Part shown: positions 1 to 12,900 of the stretch, piece after piece
Numbering within the stretch: the first letter of the stretch is position 1
Layout: every line of letters begins with the position of its first letter
NCBI GenBank assembly: GCA_000934665.2
Contig: JYFJ02003215.1
Span: 1 to 45,283, forward strand
DNA length: 45,283 nt
From: Catajapyx aquilonaris
Taxonomy: Eukaryota
Reading direction: 5' to 3'
Notes under the pieces: model-generated
Database searches by the model: none
What the model saw: only the letters and a program-made list of their open reading frames with translations
What the model was told of the DNA's origin: nothing
Position numbers and translations under genes: made by a program

Positions 1-304
1 GGAATTGCCTCATTGTCTCCTAGAAAACTCATTTATTTCACTCGAGTTTTATTTCGCAAGGATCATGCCGCGGCTCGACTATTGTGGCATGTCTCGTCAT
101 CCGCATGTATACACCGAGGATATGCATAGTCATCACCTTACATCTGTCTAGGTGTCGCGACTACTACTTTCTATATACTGTACTGTCAGAAAATTGCATT
201 TCACAACCCCACGGACATGACGATCGCACCCACATTTTTTTTTTTAAACAAGGTTGTAAGCAAACCGACAGATCGACATATCGATTGCAAATGGCCACAT
301 TGCT

Positions 305-321
305 TCTCTCTCTCTCTCTCT
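305..321. repeat. (TC)n microsatellite
   Basis: About 8 consecutive TC units followed by an A-run. Confidence 0.85.
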
Positions 322-936
322 AAAAAAAACTGGAATTCAATCATCGCATTTTCCAGCATTGAAACCGGATTCTTTTAACTCCCTACAAAGCCTGACACAT
401 TGTCAATATGTGTGGATAGGACTAATTAGCAGCACCAGATATATTGACACGAGTGTTTGCACACCGCTTTAGGAGTGACTCACAATTATGATCAATGCAC
501 AAAACTACGACAACCCAAGGCAAAGCTTAAGGAAAGGCAGTATCATATAAGTGCAAATGCTGGACGAAGATTATTCCATTTCAGGTTAGCAAAAATGGAA
601 GGCCTGAGGGCCAAGAAGCAGCTCAGGCGCCATCTTCCAATCATTTTTTCCCCCCTATCTTCCCCGCACCTTCTAGGACCCCTAAAAAGGGCCACGTCAG
701 GCCCAAACAAGTTATTTTACAGGCAACTAGGCCGAGACATCACTTGCCATTTGCAGCTGACGCTCTTTTTTTTTTTTTAGAAAAAAAATTCTGGAGCCGT
801 GATTAAGTAATTAGAAGGAGAGAAGAGGGGGGTGCCTAAGGGAAGAGCATGATGGAAAAATTTTTGACGGCCGCCAGCATGCAGCTTGTGAGTAATGACC
901 GAGATCTAGAGTCAAGCTACTAGAAAAAAGATTCTA

Positions 937-959
937 GGGGGTGGGGGGAGGGGGGGGGG
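937..959 (+). repeat. Poly-G tract (G-quadruplex-capable), representative of many in the window
   Basis: Near-pure G run interrupted by single T and A. Similar G- or C-runs occur at ~9291-9308, 10985-11001, 13680-13695, 20206-20220 and 21978-22020. Confidence 0.8.
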
Positions 960-3900
960 AGCTGCTGCGCTTTTTAATCTCCATGACGAAATTGAGTCCA
1001 CGACAGGGAAATTATTTTTAGCCTTGGGGAGACGAGGAGGCACGCCTATCAAGCCAATGACATTGCTTATTGATTTTCTGCTCTTCCAATACTCTACCCA
1101 AAAACTTCCTACTGGCTGCTGACACAATTCTTTTCTGACGCTGGCGAAGGCGGGTCCGTGTTATCACCTGTGACAATCTAAACAAGAGCATGCAGAGACA
1201 TCTGGCGGGACGCACCTTAAAAAGCGCCACTCTCACATTCATAGCCTTTCATGTTATATGATTGTTAAGTTATTTCTGGGTACGATTGGTCGCAACGTCC
1301 TTGGTGATCTACGTACTATTAATGATATCTACAGGTGAACATATCTAAAAGCACGTGGAAGCTCCGTACTGAAGAAGAAAAAAAACAACCGATGTTGGCA
1401 GATGTACACTGTAGCCTCACCACCATCGCCATTGACAAGAGGCAACTGCGCCCTGCCACTGTTACGCGGAAAAAGCGCTCGGCAAAAACTTCTCAATGGA
1501 GGAAGCTTACAACTGCCTCTCCACCCACCATCCCCCTCAAGTCTACCCTACCCCCCTCTCTTTCTCCGAAAGAAAAGCGAGCCACGTAGCCTCTCTTGGC
1601 CGGCCTTCTTTTCCTTGCCTTGTCCTTACTCCATTCAGTCATCTTCAACCAATGCGCAATGCTAAAAAATTTGGGAATCCGCAGACTCTGTAATGCTTGG
1701 CGAACAGTTACAGCACTTCCTTTAATTAAGGAAGAAGATCCTGAAGAAGCCCAAAAATTCTGGAATGCCTGCGAATGACGTCAGGAATTCAGTCGGGGGA
1801 GGACCGCAGTTCTTTTCTTTTCTCTACTTTTTTTTTAACCTCCTCGTATAAGGGGGGGGAGGTTTGCCAATTACCGACTTTGGCATCGTCAGGGTTTCCT
1901 ACTGGCTAATTCCAGAGGCCTGGAAGACGCTCTTCATTTGGAAGGCTAGGAAGGAACACAGCAACTGGAGGGTGCCTTCCCCTCGAATTCAGTCCTCCGC
2001 TTTGGAATTTCACGCCCTGGATGCCGCCAATGGACTCCGCACTATACTTGCAATGCCCATCATTTCCAGCATTCCTCTTTGCCATATTTCGGCTCATCTG
2101 CACTTTATCGCAAATAGGTATGAGGAAGGAAGGCTAAACGGGCATTGAGCCTGGAAGAATACACTTAAGACTGTTCCAGATACAATATTTAGTGCGAAAT
2201 AAATTTCTGACATATTTTTGGGGCTACACTTTCGTATCGGGAGACCCCGCATGTTTACCTACCCTCCTATAGACGTGGATCCCATGAAGGATAGGGGTGT
2301 ATCCGCCGAGAAGGAAGGTTAGGTCATGAGTTAGGTTATGAAAGTTCTTCCGTTTTTTTTCCCCACAATTTTTTGGCGAAATAAGCGAGCAAGCCTTGAA
2401 ACCGAAGCAGATCGTCAAAACGCCTTGCTCATCCGGCGAGCTGGCATAATCCTGTATGCATGAGAGAAGGCATGCAAATGAATGTATTGCGGAGGAACAT
2501 ATGGCAGATGTGATTAGTCGGAGGAAGCCAGGCGAGGAGGCAAAGAGGTGAAAAGCCCCCCACCAGCCCCCACAGTCAGCCTATCCAAATGGACAAATGG
2601 GCCGCAAAGGTTAAATACCCCTTGAAATGAATTCCGAGCTGTAATTAGTGCGCGTCAGGGCGTGACTCCGCCCAGTAAAGCCCGGAATTAACCCGGAAAA
2701 AAAGTGCGGGAAGTGTTGAGATTGTGGAGAATAATCGTGTTCCTCCCCACTCCCCCTCCACCCCCTAGACAAAAAAAATGAGCGATGAAATTTATTATTA
2801 TGCGGAATGCAATCCCCGGAGCCGGAGCCATTTTCTGCCACTTGTCTATCTACTAATGAGTTTCTTGCATGTTCTCGCCCCAATTAGTGGGGTCGGAGTG
2901 GAATGAGAAAAGGCGGGAGAATTTGACGAGTTGAGGGAGGAGGAGTAGAAGGAACAAAAAAAAAATGGTGGGAGGAGTGGGGGGAGGGAAGGACCCAAGC
3001 CTAGGAAATCAGGAATCGCAGACTCCTAATTATTCCCCTGCCCCCATTGTGCATGAGGAAGGAGGAATTCTCCCCACCCTATCCCGCCCCCGTCAACGCA
3101 ATTCCGATGAAAAGGAATCTTCATTCATTTCCTGCTACGCTGCCTTTTAATTCGGCCGAAGAAAATGGGAATAATAATTCTCGCCACTTTTTGTTCCGCC
3201 AAAAACAGGGTCTCAGGCAGGTCTGATTTGGTTCTGGGGAGGGCTCTACCAAGGACAAAAGGTGTTCCGGAACAGCTCTCTATTCGCTCTGAACAAAGAT
3301 TTATAATGCCAATTGTTTGCTGACGACTTGATAAAGCAAATTATTCACGCCAGGTATATGCATATATAGGACGGCCCAGTCCTTGTGGCGTGCTGCACAC
3401 GGTTTATTTAGTGCCAGGGGACAAATATCTAATTTTGGAAAGGTTCATTACTTGCTTCTGGGAAATTAGCGCCTGTATAATTAGGCACATATATCATGGA
3501 CGCACTGACAAATATTTTTAGATATATATTCAAAATCAGGCGACAGTACTTTTTCACTCAATATAATCGTATCACATAGCAAGTAACAGCGTGCTGACTG
3601 TTATTCACATGAAAATGCATAGTTTCGATGTGTTTGAGTAAGCAGAAAGCTTAAACAGAACCGCGCGAAGATCAAGATTATGTCTGCCTACTGTTTGACC
3701 ACATAAGGCGAATAGCATGTTTTGGCTGCCAACTGCCACCTGCGCACTTAGTCACCTTTCAATCTATAGCACAATATCCCCCGCATTTCGCGCAATGCCT
3801 ACAATATTGCTTCCATATCTCGGTTTCCTTACAGTACTAGCCTATACCCAGATCCCAATCAGGTTGGCGTATAAGGTCACACAGAGCCAAAAATGGCAAC

Positions 3901-6900
3901 GCACATGCATGGGCATATTCGACGAAATATAATGCATTGGAGCAATTAACGCCGACTCCAGTCAGTCGGCAGCCTGGAATAGTGACTTGGCATTTGTCGA
4001 CAGCCCTCAGTTAGCAACAAAAAACTGCAGTGCGGCGATATTAGCCAAAACAAAGTAATTGAAGGCGGCTCTCGTTGGAGTGCAGCAGCAGCTCCCATCA
4101 GAGACGTTTCCAAGGAAATGGAGCGATGCGGCAAATTGACGAAATGTCAGCGAGCAAACTCGGGCCTCTATAGAATGAATGGGTGTTCCCTATTGTTCCA
4201 CAAGCGAAAGCCCATCTGAGAGCCACGGAATTGAATCTCCTCAGGTAATTGCTAATCTTCTCTCCTTAAACCCCCACCAACCCTACCCCTCCCTCCAACA
4301 ACCCTCCACTTCTATCACAACCACTCCCCATCCAACACAAACACAAATGGTAACGACCACTCAGAAACTCTTTTGATTTCTGATATCTGCCAAAAGTGTT
4401 ACACCATGTACACAGAAAATCCAACGCCTTGAAATATAGGCAACCAGATCCTCAAAAGCATGTAAACAGTACAGGTTGCCTACACACCAGGATATACTCC
4501 AATCAGATACAATTTTTTTTATATACAACTTATCTCTCCCCCATTTCCCCTTCCCCCTACCCATCCTCCCCTGCTAGGAGATGAAACAAGCCCAACAACG
4601 GTCCTAACCGTATACACCATCGCAAAAAAAAAAAAGCGAGACAAAGGTGCAGAAATTAATTTAGATTAAAAGAGCTGGGGCCGTATATATCCGGAGCAGC
4701 CCGAGTTAAGGGGGGGGAGGAGAAGGAAGATGGGGGGTGGAGGGAGGCTCGAAGGAGATGGGGAGGAAAAAGGAAGCTGGGTTAATGCTCCAGGCGCCAT
4801 AAATTGCCTCTTTCCACTCGATCTGGCCTCTTGCCACCGCCTCTCGAGGACCATCCTCCGACTAATATATCGGGCAAGCCATGGAAAATTAACGCTTCAA
4901 ATGAGAATCATATTTTTTGAGAAGGGAGGTGAAGTTCTAATTAGAAAAAAAAAACTGGGGAGGGGGAGGGGGGGAGCAAGGAAAGTACGTCTCTCTTTTT
5001 ACGACCAGTTATAATTCCAGACCCCTCCGAATCACTCTTTCTCGCCTTTCCGAGCCATAGAGTCGCGATGTGGAGGATGCCTATAGGGAAGGAAGCAGGT
5101 CATAGCAGCCCAATGACGTGTAGAAAAAGGCGCGCCCTTTTTTTCCCTCTCCACCCCCCTCCTCCCCTCTTCTTCCTTCCCGCCTCTTTCTAGTTATCGA
5201 TTCGGTGATCCCAACCCCAAGTGAGGCCAAGGGGAGCTTGCATGGGGGAAGCAGGCCAAGATGAGGGGGATGGGTCTGGATATGGGGGGAGAAAAAAAAC
5301 CAAGGCACCCAGATATTAAAATCCGGACCAGTCTATATGACATAGGCTAGCAGCCATGTTTTTCTGGTTAGAAACATACAGTAGGCTATATGAATGTATA
5401 CATAATCGACACACTCATAATTATCCTATAGGTAAAAATTAAAAATCTGTAGTAGCCAAATATATTCATTGCTACTCTCTGATATGTCCCCCAGTTTCCA
5501 TGATGATATAGGGCAAAAAAATATGAAAAATCACGGGTAGGATGCGTCTTAATGAGCAGCTCCCCCGGTTGTGAATCCGCCTGAATTAACCGCGCATTAA
5601 TCAGATTTACTGCTGGCAATCCCCGACACAGCAGCTGCACTTGCTCCTCGGAAGCCAAACATTGTAATGATGCCGAATCGATGCTGTTCAGTCCGCCTTT
5701 CGCTCCTGGTAATCAATACGCTCTCATTTCCTAATATTTTATGCCAATCATCGATTTTCCATAAAAGCATGCGGGCGGAATTGAAGGAAAAGATGGTGGG
5801 GGAATGTGTATGGACGTGCACTAGACATTTCCAATCGTTCCTATCGACTGTAATTGCTCAACTGTTCGAAAAAACTGCGGTATTATGCAGCGGATTGATC
5901 CTGTGCATATTGCCAGGATATTTTTACAATATTTGGCTGTACCATCTTACTCGAGACATTTTGGGACAACCCTGGTGACACCCAGCCTTCAACACGCAAT
6001 TTATTCTCAGTGACCCCCAGAGGCATCATTTGGCGGAAAATAACACAGAACCACAATCTGAAGCACCAAAAAGGCAGTTCTGTCCACATGAATCAGGCAG
6101 CACATCAGCCCCTAGTACATGAAGCCCGATGTCTTATCAGCAAGGGGAAAAAAAAAAAATAATCCATGGGGTCAACTTCCGAGTGGTGATTGCCTGAATT
6201 GGGGCGGACACTAAAATCAGGCGCAATTTGGGAAGCCTTTTTGTGGTTTTGCCCTGGGCTTTTCCCCACTAAATAAATGAAATTCAGGGGGACCTTCAGG
6301 CGGCCGCGAATCACGAGACCCAACTAATTAGCTTAATTATCAGGAGAGGTTGATTTCCCTGGGCCCGTTGCAGGCAAGGCAAGATGGGGGCCAGCTGCGG
6401 CTAACCTTCGACAGAGACCGCAAAACACGGAATAAAAGAACACGCGAAACGCACCTGGTATGGTTTTGAGACTTAATTTCGGAAATCTAAACTTTAATTG
6501 CAAATTTAGGGTTGGTGCAAAAAAAAATAGATTTGCATACAAAATGTGCAAAAAAATATATAATCCAGGCGTTTCCTCCTATTAACGACTTCTAAAAATT
6601 GCCAGATGTCGATGCGATCACACCTCACATGTTCACCGCATTCCCCTATAATTTTGCAAACGACTGCTACTTTCACTCTATAATTTCTTTTCCCCCTCCT
6701 TACCCCAGCCATGCCCCTTAGTTGCCCAATTAGGGGAATACAAAATGGGAAAATTTTTCCTTCCCTAAGTCGAGGAAAAATAAGAAACCAAAAAAAAAGG
6801 ACGCCATTGAACATCCCCATCACGACATCATCCGGGTAAAGATGTTCTCTGCCTGCACTACACCATATGCCATGCATATCAACGCCCATTTTTACATATG

Positions 6901-9900
6901 AATTTTGCAGCACTCCCACCTACATCCACCTTCAAGTTATGATAATGAAGTCCATTTCATCGGAACCGTGCAACTTCATAAGGTTTTTTTTTTTCCGGAG
7001 CAAAGTCGAGTCGAAACCCGTATATATATGGTGACCGTAACCGCTCGCAGGCTGATGCTGGATAAACATCACTAGGACATCTAGGAGAGACTTTTCCAGG
7101 TTTTTCTTACACTCGTTCGATGAGAGGCACAAAAAAAAAAGCCGCGGAACAGTTGCGCGTTTGCGAAACGTAGTAATTATTAGCACAGATGTTGATGCAC
7201 ATTTCTGCAAATTCTATTGCTCAATCAGGATCAATGGCCCAGCTGAATAAATTGGCAATTTAATTTAATTTTGCATACCGCAAAAAAATTGTGCAGGATA
7301 CTTGACATTCCTTGACCCATGTCCAGGGAAATTCCACCAGATTCGTACTTAAATTCAGAAATTCCTCCGCCTTTTTCGTGATGTTCATGCCAAATATGGC
7401 CGGGAGACACACTGATGAACTCACATATTTCACTCTCAGTGGTGCGACATGTGTAAGCCGAGAGGCAGCTTGGGAGTTAAAATTATAGGCTATGGTTAAT
7501 TATGGCGTTTAGTTGACAAGGCTGTACGAACTTTTTTTTTTTGGTCGGTTGGAGACACGGTGATGGATTGCCCACCATCCCATTTGCAGTTTCATTATTA
7601 CGCACAGAAACATGCGGTAATTACCTGGAGTATTCTAGGTGTAATTGCTCCACACCTACATCCAAGTAAGGTAGGAAAAAAAAAATTCATGGAGACAAAA
7701 AAACTGGCCTGGGGGAAACTTGTCACAAGTGACAAGAAAGGTCTGGAATTACTGGCCCTACATTTTCATTATCCGGATCTCTTTTTTTCCGGTGGTGTCG
7801 GAAACTCAGGTCGTCGAGGTTACTGCTACCACTCTTACTCTTCTGACCACACGTCATTCACTCCAGGCTATACTGGAAGCACTTCGTTAGAGGGCAATTT
7901 TGCTCCCATTTTTCTTGTAGCGTGGTATAGTTGAATATACCCTACATTTGTTTCTGTCCCACATCAGGTTGTAAACATCATTAAATTTAAAACGATTTTA
8001 CAGTACAGTAGAGACAGCTTTTGTCAATCCTAGCAAATGCGATAAACCGTAATGAGCATTGCAAGGAGGCCTAACATGGACCGAACCCTTATCAGAAATC
8101 CCCATGATGGGTCGAGTGCTTTGGAAAACGAGCAAAGAAGTGGGGCCAGTTCTTTGAGTGCGAGTGTAGTCTGTGGCGCAGCATCTAAGGCGGGCGTCCA
8201 GATAACCCTCCTCGAATTCATCTAGATAATTGAGCGCATTCCAGAGCTGGGCCATTTCTCTAATCAGCGAGCCCCAAGCTTTCTCTCTCTGGCTGCCCAT
8301 CCAGCCTCCAGACGCCACGTATACCTATTAATTCCTTCAGGGAATAGAGAAAAAAAAAGGATGGGGGGAGGGGGAGGGAGTGCACTGAAGACCCCTCTTT
8401 CCTCACTCTAACATGCAGATATATCAACTTGATTACTAAAGGAAGATGTATTGCTCTCACCACCGCCATAAAATATAGGATTTTCCTCAGAATTTCTATA
8501 TGATACAAATGAGAAAACAGCCAGGAGTGTTGGTGGATAAAATATTGTGATTGGCTCGTAGAAATGGCTGGGAGAACAGCAGCTGGTCAGAGCTGTATAG
8601 GCAAAATTAGTAGCACTTATTTATTTATTTATTTTAAACCTAACAGAGGAATATGACAGAATGTACAATTTTCCAGCATACAATATGATGTGAAGGCCAT
8701 GGAGCCAATGACGGTCATCAAAAATTGTTCTGGAAGCTGTTATTTAGTGTCCAGAATTTTTGGGAGGGCAGGAGAGTCTTCTCTGTATAGCACGATGTTG
8801 GCCCCCGGGCGTTTGAGCTGGCTTGGGGTCTGCCGCTAATTGAATAAGCCGTAATTTCGAACTGTTTCCCGGGCTTGAAGGCCACGTTTCAGATTACACC
8901 CGCAGTCTCCAGCTGAAGAAGCGAACAGATTTGTTGCGATGATGGGATGAGAGCAGGAGGAAGGAAAGGAAAAGGAAAGGAGCTATAAACATGGATTGAT
9001 CTCCTGCCTAAAATGTGGAAACCTTGGGTGTTCCAGTATTACATATCCTGATAGGTATGCAACACATCATGTGCCCATATTTTTTTCCATATCCATACTA
9101 GTAGATAGCATCTTTTTCGAATGAGTAACCTGCCAATAATGGCATGTTTTGTGCCATATATTCACACACTTGCCTTGCAGTTAGGTGGCGACCACGCGAG
9201 TTTATTCATAGCAATGTACACATGTAATACACGCAGGTTTTTTGACACCCGTTCTTGTTCCCACAAAAACCAGCGTCAGTCATAAGATCGGTGGGGGGGG
9301 GGGGGGGGNTCTCTCTCCCCCACCCAGTGCAAGCTACCCTTCTACATGCCCTGCGACACAACATATCGACCGCTGACTTGTCACTCCCCAACACGCCAAA
9401 CCACAACCCTCCTTCCGCTTCCTCCCTGCTCTTCTTACACCATCATACTATCCAATTTTATTTTGCACATGTGATATATCCTACATATGATGCGGTCAAC
9501 CCCCAGCTTCTTCCAGAATAAGCCACGCGTCCTAAACAACAGAAGCAGATCCTTTCAATATTACCCCCTTCCCCCCCATGCAAATTCAACCTCATTAATA
9601 TTCATCGCTGCCACCTGGCCACGTGTCCCCCCCATCTCTTTTTTTTTTTTTCTCCACCCACCCAATCCACCGTCTTGCAATTGTCTCGCACCTTTTTTTT
9701 TCCACCCTTCCTTCTTCCTTTTCTTCGTGGCTCCCCATAGACCCTCAACCGGCCTCTTTTCATCCGCCCAACGCCGGATGTTTCTCCGCGGACTCAGCTG
9801 CTACCTTTTCTTAACAACACAATCCCTGTCCTACAATGCCCTATATAATATGCGTGTTCTCGGCAGTAATGGCCCGGGGAAGAAGAAACTCGGACAATTT

Positions 9901-12900
9901 GGGAGTAAATTGTTGCACAAAACGCATGGGGACGATTGCTGTATTCCCGCAGGAGTGTATGACAGGAATTCATTTCTTGTATGAGTAAAAAATAATAATT
10001 CTGGCTACACATGGTTAAAAAGATCTTGGCTACATAGGGTTAAAAATAATCACATACAAAAAAAAGGTGTCATATGTGTCCAGAAAGAGGAATGACAAGA
10101 ACGCCGCGGCGTTCTCCTGCCTCATCATGGAGCTTTATGAACCAAACCGACTGGTTATAAGACCTTTTTTGTACCGCTAATTAAAATGTCTAGGTGACCA
10201 CTTAATAAAATGCGCCACTGGAATGCTCGGAAGCTCGATTTTAAACTCGTTCAGTTATTCGTTACTTCCAGGGCTGAAGTGCTAGGAAATCGTTAAAAAA
10301 TGTAATAAAACTAATAATATTTGTGAGGAAAAGAGGAAGAGGAAAGGGATTGGCTAGTTGCATGGCATTTTTTTTTTACCTTCTTCTTCAGTCTTCTTCG
10401 TAAGGCGAAGTCGATCTCGCAACGTGAGGCGCGGCTCGCATACCAAGCCGCCTTTCAATAAGACACGAGTATTTCCGACAAAACCGTTCTCAAAGGTCTT
10501 CTTTTGTTATGGAAATGGTTCCAGGGGAAGGCGGGTTTTTGATTAGCCCATCTTCCTCCTCCAATTTCTTTTCTTCCACTGTCAATAAGGAAATCCTAGC
10601 CGGCACAGCAGCAGCGGCAGATCAGGGAGTGGGTGGCTGCCTTTGCCTGCTGGCACACACAGAATAGATATTCTGTAAGGTACCCGCCAAGATAAGGTCT
10701 CTTTGAGCCACATAATTACGACCAGGTGATCATATTCCGAACCGGTTCAGGCAAATAACGGTCACCGGACGGAAAAAATACGTCGCGTTTTTTCGGCGAC
10801 GCTACGTTCCTCATGTTTCCCAAACAAAAATGCAGGTTGTTGAGCTAATGTCGACGCGTTTTCCTCCAGCAGGCGACAAATCGTGGAGTTGGTTCGGGAC
10901 AGCACTCGGAGCAGAGCAATCTGGTAGTTGCAATTAGCATAGGAGGAGAACAAAGCGACGTAATGAATACTGATGCGCCCGATTCCCCCCCCCCCCCCCC
11001 CNTTTCCCCAACTCGCCACTTGTAATTAAGCCGGGGAACCAGCATTTCTCCGCTTTCTTCGCCTAATTCCCCCCTCGCTCTCTCTCCGTTTTTACAGCCC
11101 CTGATTTCCGGGCCGGCCCCGGAATTGACATTAGCCCCGCTGACAATGTCCCAGGCCTGCTTGACTATGCGCCACCTAACTCCTCATTAAACTCTTCATT
11201 TCCCTCCGCCAATTTTCTCCTTGCCGCAACCTCCTTTTCCTAGCTGCAGCGCCATGGCCACAAGAAAAGAAATCGCCTATCACACCTTCAAGCCTGCGCA
11301 CATTGCTTACAACCCACCCTAAAATTCGTCCTTTGTTGCAACCTAGCTACTGAGTATGTTGCGCTGCAATATGTGAAGGTGCAGGTATGATGAATATTAA
11401 AATAAGAAGTCACGTCATGTGCTGTAACTTCCTTGCTGAATAGTGCAGTGTTCATGCTTTTTAATTAAGAAGTTGCACGCCAGATTTTTTAAATAATATA
11501 ATGATATGTACAGATGCTTCTGGGTATTGCACGCTACAGTTTTTAAAAGAAGTTACATACACGCATAGGGAGAAATGAACTCAGTCGCATATGTAGCATA
11601 TCTATGCGACATCATAGCTGGCTTTGAAAAAAAAAACATTTTTTTTGTGTACAGGTGAGGCTGTGACCTTAAGGTGGTTGGGTTCTATCGCACGATCTTT
11701 GGTCTAGGCTCCACATGCATTCTCAGAGGCTTATTAGTATTCCTCATTTGCATTTGATTAAGCGATAACCATGCACGTCATAAGTTACCTGACGTGTATG
11801 AATAATTTCATTTATTTTCGGAAGCCGGAATTCTGGTGCCTTGTGCACACACTTGGAGGAGTTGCCAAGGTTCTGTGAATTCTGACTTGGGTTTCGCAGG
11901 GTGGAGGAAAAGAAAATGAGGCAGATGGGTCAAAAAAATACAAGGCACAAAGACACTCGGTAAAATTTGAAAAGAGCACACCTTACGACACATTACGTGG
12001 TCGTTCATGGCCTGCCGGATTTTCAGAGAGACAGAGAACTTCCACACTAAACATTCTCTCTGAGACACTGTAAATATTGTGGTGTGACAAGTAGACACAG
12101 TAATTCAAAGCTTATACGTATATTGCTGTCTTTATGAATTCTATGTCGTATATCTGAAGCAGCTATACGACAACGTATATACAACAATTGGGAGGCCACA
12201 CCATTCTTAGTTAGATCATGTTTTTTTTTTTTTCTAGAATCGAGCATGAGACGTCAATATATTTTTTATAGGCCCATATCGTATCATTTCCGCACAGTTA
12301 ATATTTTTGAGCCGAACCAGTACATTATTCACCATACTCTTTTGTGTTTAATGGTTATCAGTCTAGATGTGGCAGATCTCCGGAGTTCTAATTTGGCTGA
12401 ATCCTACATTCCCTATTCAATTTCAAGGCTGTTCCTTACAATACAAAAGAAAAGGTCGCAGAGTCAGAAATATACCTCCTGTCAAAACCGGCATCGATAC
12501 GAATTACAGGTGCCCTTGCACGTGCCACACGTGCACCATCTGAACCCACATGAACCAAATAGAGTAATAGAGAATCACTGTCTACTGATTGCGTACATTC
12601 CCCCTTGTACATCAGTAAATCAGTAAGATCTTTTACTTGAAACGTATCAATAGCCTTGCAGCACCTTTGCCACCAACTATTTCAGTAGACATATGCTCAT
12701 TCTGCATAATCAATAATTAAAAATTAAAATATGACTTATATGTAATTTCTTTCCTGTCGATTCCTATACATTTCACTGATTTTCAAATTTTAATGGTGTG
12801 CGTAAGACAAGCCCTTCACCGGCGGTTCTTTCGATTGCGCAATGTTGTCAAGACTCTGAAAGGGGTTGACCAACAGGACCCCCCTTGCCGGAAGAGGAGG

